Part shown: piece after piece, positions 30,855 to 39,685 of the stretch | Layout of the letters: every line of letters begins with the position of its first letter | Numbering within the stretch: position 1 is the stretch's first letter | Source: an uncultured Acidobacteriota bacterium | Lineage (GTDB): Bacteria > Acidobacteriota > Thermoanaerobaculia > Multivoradales > UBA5704 | Assembly (NCBI GenBank): GCA_963770895.1 | Contig: CAVYRF010000002.1 | Location: forward strand, 5,472,001 to 5,536,000 | DNA: 64,000 nt | Direction: 5' to 3' | The notes under the pieces: model-generated | Seen by the model: the letters and a program-made list of their open reading frames with translations, nothing else | What the model was told of the DNA's origin: nothing | Databases searched by the model: none | Translations under genes and position numbers: made by a program

Positions 30855-31655
30855 GTGGAGGCCCGGGTAGCCAGAGGTGGCGGTGCAGGCTTGGCGGGGT
30901 GGTTCCTGCCCGGGCCGGTGCAGCGCTTCGCCGTGCAGATGGGGCGGTTCGTGCAGATGCTGGGGCGGGTTTTCGCCTGGACGCCGCGGCCGCCCTACGA
31001 CGTGCGCGAGCTGCTGCGCCAGATGGTGCGGATCGGCGTGTCGTCGACGCCGGTGGTGCTGCTGACGGCACTTTTTACCGGCATGGTCCTGGCCCTGCAG
31101 ACGTTCACGGTGCTCAAGCGCTTCAATGCGGAGAGCTATGTCGGGTCGCTGGTGGCGCTGTCGATGGTGCGCGAGCTGGCGGCCGTGCTGTCCAGCCTGA
31201 TCGTCGCCGGGCGCGCCGGCTCGGCGATGGGGGCCGAGCTGGGCACCATGCGGGTGACCGAGCAGATCGACGCGCTGGAGGTGATGGCGACCGACCCGGT
31301 GCAGTACCTGGTGGTGCCGCGGGTGTGGGCCACCACCCTGACGCTGCCGCTGCTGGTGGTGCTGGCGGACGGCGTGGGCATCGCCGGCGGCTATCTGGTG
31401 TCGGTGGTGCTGATGGGGGCCAACCCGGTCAGCTACGTCAATACGTCGTTCCAGTTCATGGAGATCAAGGACCTGATGTCGGGGCTGATCAAGGCCGCGG
31501 CGTTCGGCATGCTGCTGGCGACGATCGGCTGCCAGCAGGGATTCCACACGACCGGCGGCGCCGAGGGCGTCGGCCGCTCGACCACATCGGCGGTGGTTTT
31601 GGCCAGCATCGCCATCCTGATCGCCGACTTCTTCCTGACCAAGCTGCTGTTCTAG
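30855..31655 (+). CDS. mlaE: MlaE family ABC permease
   Basis: RELAAVL, GRAGSAMGAELGTMRVTEQIDALEVMA, GAEGVGRSTT; GTG start inferred from the AGGAG SD. Confidence 0.9.
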   Translation: MEARVARGGGAGLAGWFLPGPVQRFAVQMGRFVQMLGRVFAWTPRPPYDVRELLRQMVRIGVSSTPVVLLTALFTGMVLALQTFTVLKRFNAESYVGSLVALSMVRELAAVLSSLIVAGRAGSAMGAELGTMRVTEQIDALEVMATDPVQYLVVPRVWATTLTLPLLVVLADGVGIAGGYLVSVVLMGANPVSYVNTSFQFMEIKDLMSGLIKAAAFGMLLATIGCQQGFHTTGGAEGVGRSTTSAVVLASIAILIADFFLTKLLF

Positions 31656-31708
31656 GGCGCACCCCGCGACCTCGCCGCCACCGTCCGTCCGCCAGCCAGC
31701 CAGCCGCC

Positions 31709-32662
31709 ATGTCGTCGCGACCCATCTCCCGTAGCTCCGGCGCCCAGGCCGGGCCGGCGGCGTCCGCCGGCGACGGCGGGGGCAATGGCAGCGCTGGCGC
31801 CGCTGGAGCCAATGGCGCCGACCGCGACGGCCAGGTCAAGATCCTGTTGCGCGACGTCACCAAGTCGTTCGGCCCCAAGAAGGTGCTCGACGGGGTGAAC
31901 CTGGAGGTGGCGAGCGGCGAATCGCTGGTGGTGATCGGCGCTTCCGGCACCGGCAAGAGCGTGACCCTCAAGCACATCGTCGGCCTGATGCGACCCGACT
32001 CGGGCACCGTCGAGATCGACGGCGTGGCGATCGAGCGGCTGGGCAACCGCGAGATCACCGAATTTCGCCGCCGCTTCGGCATGGCGTTTCAAGAGGGCGC
32101 GCTGTTCGATTCGATGAACGTGTTCGACAACGTGGCGTTCCCCCTGCGCCGGCTGTCGCGCAAGTCGGCGGGGGAGATCCGCCAGCGGGTGGAGGAGTGC
32201 CTGGCGCTGGTGCGGCTGGAAGGGCTGGGCCCGAAGGACATCTCGGAGCTGTCGGGCGGCATGCGGCGGCGGGTCGGCTTCGCGCGCGCCATCGCGCACG
32301 AACCCGAGATCCTGCTGTTCGACGAGCCGACGACCGGTCTGGACCCGGTGACCACGGCGCTCATCGGGGAGGTCATCCGCGACATCGGCGAGCGGCTCAG
32401 CACCACCATGGTGACGATCACCCACGACATGCAGGTGGCGTTTCGCGTCGCCGACCGCATCGCCATGCTGGATCGTGGCAAAATCATCGCCGAAGCGCCG
32501 CCCGAAGAGTTCAAGCAGCTGGAGGATGCGCGCGTCCGGCAGTTCATTCACGGCGACGCGGAAGGACCGCTGTCCAGAGACATGCAGACAGGCAGGGAGG
32601 ACGCGCCGGGCGCCAGGGATGGGGCGGCCGGCGCCGCGGAGGCCGGCGGCGACCGCCGCTGA
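31709..32662 (+). CDS. mlaF: MlaF family ABC ATPase
   Basis: GASGTGKS, FQEGALFDSM, LSGGMRRRV, DEPTTGLDP. Confidence 0.9.
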   Translation: MSSRPISRSSGAQAGPAASAGDGGGNGSAGAAGANGADRDGQVKILLRDVTKSFGPKKVLDGVNLEVASGESLVVIGASGTGKSVTLKHIVGLMRPDSGTVEIDGVAIERLGNREITEFRRRFGMAFQEGALFDSMNVFDNVAFPLRRLSRKSAGEIRQRVEECLALVRLEGLGPKDISELSGGMRRRVGFARAIAHEPEILLFDEPTTGLDPVTTALIGEVIRDIGERLSTTMVTITHDMQVAFRVADRIAMLDRGKIIAEAPPEEFKQLEDARVRQFIHGDAEGPLSRDMQTGREDAPGARDGAAGAAEAGGDRR

Positions 32663-32722
32663 CAAACACCAGGTTGGCGGCCGGCCGCACAAGGCCGGGT
32701 CCGCTCGCTCGCGGGAGAGGTT

Positions 32723-34192
32723 ATGGCGCAAACGATCAAGGTCGGGCTCTTCGCAACCCTTTGCCTGGCCATTCTTGCGGTCTTGATCTGGAAGGTCGAA
32801 GACATCGATCCGTTCCACAAGGGCGGGCGGCGCATCTACGCCATCTTTCCGTCGGTCGCCGGCCTGGACGACAAGTCGGCGGTGCGCATGGCCGGCGTGC
32901 GCGTCGGCCGCGTGGACGGGATCACCCTGGCTTCCGACGGCCGCAGCGCCAAGGTGCGCCTGCAGCTGGAGCAGCCGGTGACGCTGACCGAAGGGGCCTC
33001 GGCGCGCATCGCCAACCTGGGCCTGCTGGGCGACAAATACGTCGAGCTGGTGCCGGGACCTGCCGGCGCGCCGGCGCTGCCGGCCGAAGCCGAGCTCAAG
33101 GGCACCACGCCGGTCAGCTTCGACGACGCCATGGCCAAGCTCGACAACATCGGCAGCTCGATCGAAAAGATGACCGGTTCGTTCGGCGGCGGCAACCTGG
33201 GAGGCAACATCAACAACCTGGTGCAGGATCTCCAGCTGACCAGCGCCGAGATCCGCGCCCTGGTGGCCGAAAACCGTGCAAACCTGGCTTCGACGGTGCG
33301 CAACTTCGACGCCTTGAGCGCCACGCTCGCCCGCGAGCTGCCGATGATCTCCGCCCAAACCCAGCGGGCGCTCGACCAGATCGCTTCGGTGATCGCCGAA
33401 AACCGCGGCGACCTGTCCGCCAGCATGGGCAACGTCAAGGAGATCACCGGCAGCCTGCAGACCTCGGTGGAAAACCTCAACAAGATCACCGGCGAGATCG
33501 CCAGCGGCCACGGCACGGTCGGCAAGCTGGTCAACAGCGAAGAGGCCTACAACAGCGCCGTCTCGACCCTCGACAGCATCAAGTCGGGCGTCGAAAGCCT
33601 GAGCGGCACGATCGGCGCCATCCAGCGCTTCAAGATGGACCTGGATCTGCAAGGCTACCTGTTGCAGCGCCAACCCAACACCTTTTCCGCCTCGCACAGC
33701 GCGTTCTCGGTGGTCATCGATCCGCAGGACAACCAGCGCCTGTACAAGGTCGGCATCGTCACCACCCCCGAAGGCACCACGCGCAACCGCATCGACACCG
33801 TCGCCTACACCTCGCCCACCGGCCAGACCTACAACGCCGTGGTCAACGACGTCATCACCGAAGACCACCTGCAATACGACGCCCTGCTGGGCTTTCACAC
33901 CGACAACGACCTGCGCTTCTGGGGCGGCATCATCGAAAGCACCGGCGGCGTACAGGTCGAATATCCCTTCCTGCGCCGCTACTGGCTCTCCTTCGAAGCT
34001 TTCGACTTCAACCGCCCCAACAACGAGCGAGCCCACCTCCGCCTGACCGCCAAGTGGCAGTTCCACCCCAACCTCTACGTCATCGGCGGCTACGACGACC
34101 CCCTGCAGCAGCGCGCCTTCTTCATCGGCGCCGGCATCCGCTGGAAGGACGACAACCTCAAGTACCTGCTGGGGGCGGCCTCCAAGTTCTAG
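32723..34192 (+). CDS. mlaD: Long MlaD/MCE protein (TM-MCE-helical stalk-beta-rich C-terminus)
   Basis: VAGLDDKSAVRMAGVRVGRV, GLLGDKYVEL, GTVGKLV, aromatic-rich beta C-terminus. Confidence 0.88.
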   Translation: MAQTIKVGLFATLCLAILAVLIWKVEDIDPFHKGGRRIYAIFPSVAGLDDKSAVRMAGVRVGRVDGITLASDGRSAKVRLQLEQPVTLTEGASARIANLGLLGDKYVELVPGPAGAPALPAEAELKGTTPVSFDDAMAKLDNIGSSIEKMTGSFGGGNLGGNINNLVQDLQLTSAEIRALVAENRANLASTVRNFDALSATLARELPMISAQTQRALDQIASVIAENRGDLSASMGNVKEITGSLQTSVENLNKITGEIASGHGTVGKLVNSEEAYNSAVSTLDSIKSGVESLSGTIGAIQRFKMDLDLQGYLLQRQPNTFSASHSAFSVVIDPQDNQRLYKVGIVTTPEGTTRNRIDTVAYTSPTGQTYNAVVNDVITEDHLQYDALLGFHTDNDLRFWGGIIESTGGVQVEYPFLRRYWLSFEAFDFNRPNNERAHLRLTAKWQFHPNLYVIGGYDDPLQQRAFFIGAGIRWKDDNLKYLLGAASKF

Positions 34193-34257
34193 CGGCACTT
34201 TCCATGACTCCTGCAAGCAGGCGAGGCGTCGAATTGGCATAGACTAAGAAGCCAATC

Positions 34258-35619
34258 ATGCCTTACCCCCTGCCCGAGAGGGACTGGCGCGATCTGCTGC
34301 GCCGGGTCCACCATCGCCAGGTCATCCCGGTGGTGGGGCCCAGCCTTGTTACGGTGCCCGACCCGGCGAGCGGCGAACTGGTTCCCCTGCACCGGCACCT
34401 CGCGCCCTCGCTCGCTCGCGGGCTGGGTCTGGCCGCGCCTGAGAGCTTCACGTCCTGGAACGACGTCGCGCGCGCCCACCTTCTGGGAGGTGGCAAGCGC
34501 GAGCTCGTTTACGACGAGCTGCGCGCGCTCCTCGACCAGGTGCCGGCCGACCCGCCCCCTGCCTTGCTGGCGCTGGCGAGCATCACCGACTTCGATCTCT
34601 TCATCAGCAGCACTCCGGACGGCCTCCTCGCGCACGCGCTCAGGCGCCAGAGACCGGAATTCTCGCCGAAAACGGGCGTCATCCGCTTTCATCCACGCGG
34701 TCTTGGCGGCGAGTCTTGCGATCTGCCGGCGAAGTTCAATGGTCCGCTCCTGCACCACATCCTGGGCGACGCCGACACCTACCCGGACTTCGCGGTGTGG
34801 GAAGAGGACTACATGGAGTTCATCTGCGGCTTGCTCGAACAGGCAGATACGCTCGAGAATCTCTTTCGCGTCCTCAAGAGCCGTCACCTCCTGCTGCTGG
34901 GCGCCCCGTCGGAGGACTGGATCGTGCGCTTCTTCCTGCGAGTGGCACGCCAGCAGCGGCTGTCCGAGTGCAACCAGCACGACTACCTTGCCGATCAGGC
35001 CGCGAGTCTGGGCGATCCGATGATCCTCTTCTTCGACCAGGCGGTGAAGGCGGCGCGCGTGATCGCCGGTCCGCCCGCGGCATTCGTCCAGACCTTGGAG
35101 TGCGCTTGGCGCGAGAAATACGGCGCGGCAGGCAGCGACGAGGAGTTCCTTGGTCGGATGCCGGCAGAGATTCCCCGCGGCGCCGTCTTCATCAGCTATG
35201 CGCGCGACGATCTCGGTGCGGCCGTCAAGCTCGCGCGGGCGCTTGAGAGCGCCGGTGTGCCGGTGTGGCTGGACAGGATCCGCCTGGAGGTTGGCGCCAA
35301 CTACGAGCGCAGCCTGCAGCACGAGGTCAAGGACGCCTGCAGCTTCTTCATCTCGCTCATCTCCAAGGCGACGGAAGCCGATCCGTTACGGTATGTCCAC
35401 CGTGAACGCGCCTGGGCAGCACAGCGGCACGTCGACGGATTCGTTTTCTACCTGCCCCTGGTGCTCGACCTGGACGAAGCGACGCCGGCTCGCCTCGAGC
35501 CCGAGTGCATCCGCCAGAGCCACTACGATCGGTGGAACGATACGACCCTCGGCAACTTCGTGCTGCGCGTGCGGGACCTGGTGGACGAGTTCCGGCGCGC
35601 GGGGCGGCCTCGGGGTTGA
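34258..35619 (+). CDS. Degenerate SIR2-like domain fused to a TIR domain
   Basis: VIPVVGPSL, FISSTPDGLL, LHHILG, LLLLGAPSEDW resemble eroded SIR2 motifs; TIR VFISYARDD, VPVWLD, FISLISK, YVHRE. Confidence 0.8.
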   Translation: MPYPLPERDWRDLLRRVHHRQVIPVVGPSLVTVPDPASGELVPLHRHLAPSLARGLGLAAPESFTSWNDVARAHLLGGGKRELVYDELRALLDQVPADPPPALLALASITDFDLFISSTPDGLLAHALRRQRPEFSPKTGVIRFHPRGLGGESCDLPAKFNGPLLHHILGDADTYPDFAVWEEDYMEFICGLLEQADTLENLFRVLKSRHLLLLGAPSEDWIVRFFLRVARQQRLSECNQHDYLADQAASLGDPMILFFDQAVKAARVIAGPPAAFVQTLECAWREKYGAAGSDEEFLGRMPAEIPRGAVFISYARDDLGAAVKLARALESAGVPVWLDRIRLEVGANYERSLQHEVKDACSFFISLISKATEADPLRYVHRERAWAAQRHVDGFVFYLPLVLDLDEATPARLEPECIRQSHYDRWNDTTLGNFVLRVRDLVDEFRRAGRPRG

Positions 35620-38240
35620 TGCCGATGGCCGAAAGAGGCTCAGACCCGAAGGTCGATCCAGAGCTGCCCTGGCTCGGCCTGCTGCCGTTCACCGAGGCAA
35701 CCCAACGCTTCTTCTTCGGCCGCAACCAGGAGATTTTGGAGGGTTTCCTGCGCGTGCGCGAGCACCCGCTGACGGTGCTCTACGGCCCGTCGGGTCTGGG
35801 CAAGAGCTCCCTGCTCGGCGCCGGACTGATCCCCAAGCTGCGCGTCGAGGGCTACCGGCCCGTCCTCATCCGGCTGCGCTTCGAGGATGGCGATCCGCCG
35901 CTTCTTGCACAGGTCGAGGGGGCGCTTGCCGCGCTGCTGCAAGCGCGCGGCGATGCAGTGGCGGTCGGCAGGGGAGAGGCGGGCCGATCCACGGATCCGA
36001 CCCTGTGGGAGCGCTTCCACCACCTGGCGACACGGCCACCCGATCTGGCCGCCGCGCCGCCGGTGCTGCTCTTCGACCAGTTCGAAGAGGTGTTCACCCT
36101 TGCCGAGCGTTCGGCCGCGCGCCAGGGCGAGGCCAAGGCTCTCTTCGACCAGCTGGCCGACCTGATCGAGAACCGGCCGCCCGCCCCGCTCCAGGATCGC
36201 CTGCGGGTGCAGCGCGAGCTGGCGCGGGATTTCGACTTCGCGGCCAGCCCCGTGCGCGTCGTGCTGACGCTGCGCGAGGACTACCTGTCGCAGCTCGAAG
36301 CCTGGAAGAAAGTGCTGCCAGCGCTGATGCGCAACCGCATGGGCCTGCGCCTCCTCGACGGAGTCAACGCCCTGGCCGCCGTCGTCGAGCCCGGACGCCT
36401 GGGCGATCACCAGCTGGTCAGCCGCAGCGTCGGCGAGCGCATCGTGCGCTTCGTCGCCCGGCGTCCCGAAGGCACCCCGCTTGCGGAGATCGGCGCGGTC
36501 CCCCCCTTGCTCAGCCTGCTCTGTTACGAGCTCAACGCAGCGCGCATCGCAGCGGGGGCAGCAGTCGTCGGCGCCGAGCAGGTGGACCAGCAAGGCACCG
36601 ATATCCTGCAAAATTTCTACGACCGCAGCTTCACCGGGTTGGGCCCAGCGGTCCGCAGCTACGTCGAAGACCGCATGATCACCGTCGGCGGCCACCGCAA
36701 CGCGGTGGCTCGCGAGGACGCCGTTGCCGCTCTTCTCGATGCCGGTGTCGAGCATCCCGCGGCTGCCCTGGACCAGCTGGTGGATGGGCGCCTGCTGGCG
36801 GCGGAAGACTTGGGAGGGCTCCAGCGGCTGGAGATCAGCCACGACGTGCTGGCGCCGCTCGCGGAGCGCTCGCGCGAGCAGCGGCGGGCGCGGGAACGCG
36901 CCGAGCGCGCCGAGGCCGAGGAGCGCGAGGCGGCGGCGCGCGAGGCGGCCGCCCGGCGTCAGCGCGCCCGCCTGCGCTGGATTGTCGTGGCCATGTCGGT
37001 CCTTGCCCTGGCCGCATTGATACTCGCCGGCGCCGCCTATCGCGCCGGCCAGCGGGCGGCGAGACTGCTTGAAGAGGCTTCGCGCAAGGCGACAGGGAGC
37101 GCCCTATCGAGCTTCGACCGGCAGGACCCTCGCGCCGGCATGGCCTACCTGGCGGAGGCCATCCGTTATCGCCCCGACGACGTTTTTCCGCGAACCGCTG
37201 CAGCTTCCTACCTGCTCAGGCTGCCGACGATCGCACCCATGCTGGTGGGCGAGCCCCTGCACCACGACGGGTGGGTGACGGCAGCGAGCTTCAGTCCCGA
37301 TAGCCGCTTGGTGGTGACGGCGAGCACGAACAATACGGCGCGAGTATGGGAGGTGGCGAGCGGTCGACCGGTCGGCGCGTCCCTGCGCCATGCCGACACG
37401 GTCTGGGCTGCGAGCTTCAGTCCCAATGGCCGCTGGGTGGTGACGGCGAGCGCGGACAAGACGGCGCGGGTGTGGGATGCGGCGAGCGGCCGACCGGTCG
37501 GCGAGCCCCTACGCCATGCCGACAGGGTGACGGCTGCGAGCTTCAGTCCCGATGGTCGCTGGGTGGTGACGGCGAGCGATGACCATACGGCGCGAGTGTG
37601 GGATGCGGCGAGCGGCCGACCGGTCGGCGAGCCCCTACGCCATGCCGACAGGGTGACGGCAGCGAGCTTCAGTCCCGATAGCCGCTTGGTGGTGACGGCG
37701 AGCGATGACCATACGGCGCGAGTATGGGAGGCGGCGAGCGGTCGACCGATCGCGAAACCCCTGCGTCATGGCGGCACGGTACTGGCAGCGAGCTTCAGTC
37801 CTGATGGCCGCTGGGTGGTGACGGCGAGCGATGCCGGCACGGCGCGAGTATGGGAGGTGGCGAGCGGTCGACCGGTCGGCGAGCCCCTGCGCCATGACGG
37901 CGCAGTCTGGGCAGCGAGCTTCAGTCCCGATGGTCGCTGGGTGGTGACGGCGAGCGATGACCATACGGCGCGAGTGTGGGAGGCGGCAAGCGGTCGTCTT
38001 GTCGGCGAGCCCTTACGCCATGGCGACAAGGTGGGGGTTGCGAGCTTCAGTCCCGATGGTCGCTGGGTGGTGACGGCGAGCGATGACAAAACGGTGCGAG
38101 TGTGGGAGGCGGCTAGCGGTCGACCGGTCGGCGAGCCCCTGCGCCATGGTGGGAGTGTGCTGGCTGCGAGCTTCAGTTCCGATGGTCGCTGGGTGGTGAC
38201 GGCGAGCGCGGACAAGACGGTGTGGATGTGGGAGGCGGCG

Positions 38241-39685
38241 CAGTAATGTCCGGTTAGAAGTCGAACAGAATGAGTTGGTTAGCCGCAGTGCGCAGTTCTC
38301 GCTGGGACCGGTCAGGCTGGAAAGCGCATGAAACCTCGGTTTTCTCGAAGACCGAGACCGACAAGATCTGTAGACATGTGTAGAGCGAGGCATCGAGTTG
38401 AAGCTCCTTCTTAAGGATGGCAATCAGCACGTAGGTCGCGACGGCGCACCAGATTTGCGTCTTCACGGCGTTCTCGCTGGTGCCCAGGAATCGCTTGATG
38501 CGCAGATGTTGCTTGATCCACTTGAAGAACAGCTCGACCTGCCATCGGCTCTTGTACAAGGCAGCGATCGCCAACGGTGGCAAAGTCGTGTTGTTTGTCA
38601 GGAAAACAAGCGTCTTGCCCGAAAAGGGGTCCTTGAAACGGACGCGCCGCAAATGCTCCGGGTAGGCCTTGGCCGAGTAGAAGCCATTGAGCATCACGCG
38701 CTGGTCGCAGATCACGCCAGTGGCGCGTTGCGTCTCAAACGAATACACCCGCCGGGCGGCCATTCCATGCTTGGCGCGGGTGACGAAGAAGGCTCCGGTC
38801 TGATGCATCGCATAGAGCCGCGCGAAGTCGACATAGCCGCGATCCATGACGTAGAAGGCTCCAGCCTCGACGGGCAGGATGTCGAGCACGTTCACATCGT
38901 GAAGTTTGCCGTCGCTGATGAGGATGAACGTTGGAATCGCGCCGCGCAGGTCCAGAAGCGTATGCAGCTTGACCGCCGCCCTGGTCGATTGAAACGGCGC
39001 CCAGTCGAACAGGCTCAGGCACAGATCGATGGTGGTGGAGTCGAGGGCGTAGACGCTGGTGTCGAGATCGAGGACCGAAGGCTCTTGCGCATAGAGTGCT
39101 CTGGCGCGCACGATCAGCCGCTGAGCCAGCGCCTGATAGATACGCCAGTCGCGACGCTCGAGCGCGTCGGCCAGCGTCGAGCGGGCGGGCGCTGCCTTGA
39201 TTCCCATGTGGAAGAGCTTGCCTTGATTGGCAGCGAGGCAAGCCTCGATGTCGCGCAGAGACTCGCGCCAAGTGAGCTGCGCGAAGGCCATGATACGGAA
39301 CAGGTCGGCGCAACTGAGGGTACGAACGCCAGCATCGCCCTTGTGTCGCTCGATGATGCGTCCGAAGGTCTTCCAGGGGACGAACTCCATCACCTGTGCG
39401 AACAGCGTCTTGCCCACGTTCATGCGTCACCTCGGATCGGTCTGACCCGAGAGCATCGCAAATCGTCTGCTCAAGATGGGGCATCGCGGTGAAGTGCGGG
39501 GAGCGTGCCTCAGGCCTCAACCGCGGTCTCGAGCCGTCGAGCTCGGAGCCGCCCTTTGCACCGGACTCCAGGTCATCCTGTACGCAAGGCCAGGAATTCA
39601 AATCGTGGACACCCATCGGAGGCCGCAAGTGCCAGTCACTGCCACGTTTGTGGCAACAGGTCGCCAAAACAACCGGACACTACTG
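38241..39685 (-). mobile_element. IS4-family insertion sequence, 1445 bp
   Basis: Terminal IRs CAGTAATGTCCGGTT / AACCGGACACTACTG (14/15); 9-bp direct repeat GAGGCGGCG at 38232-38240 and 39686-39694. Confidence 0.95.
38254..39423 (-). CDS. IS4-family DDE transposase (DUF4372-like N-terminus)
   Basis: ALDSTTIDL, VKLHTLLD, VMDRGY, YKSRWQVELFFKWIKQ (YREK motif). Confidence 0.95.
   Translation of the reverse strand: MNVGKTLFAQVMEFVPWKTFGRIIERHKGDAGVRTLSCADLFRIMAFAQLTWRESLRDIEACLAANQGKLFHMGIKAAPARSTLADALERRDWRIYQALAQRLIVRARALYAQEPSVLDLDTSVYALDSTTIDLCLSLFDWAPFQSTRAAVKLHTLLDLRGAIPTFILISDGKLHDVNVLDILPVEAGAFYVMDRGYVDFARLYAMHQTGAFFVTRAKHGMAARRVYSFETQRATGVICDQRVMLNGFYSAKAYPEHLRRVRFKDPFSGKTLVFLTNNTTLPPLAIAALYKSRWQVELFFKWIKQHLRIKRFLGTSENAVKTQIWCAVATYVLIAILKKELQLDASLYTCLQILSVSVFEKTEVSCAFQPDRSQRELRTAANQLILFDF

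Noticed and set aside
34258-35619. Calling the SIR2/TIR gene Thoeris (thsA/thsB)
   Set aside because: No SLOG or Macro domain, SIR2 motifs are degenerate, and the partner is a STAND-WD40 protein
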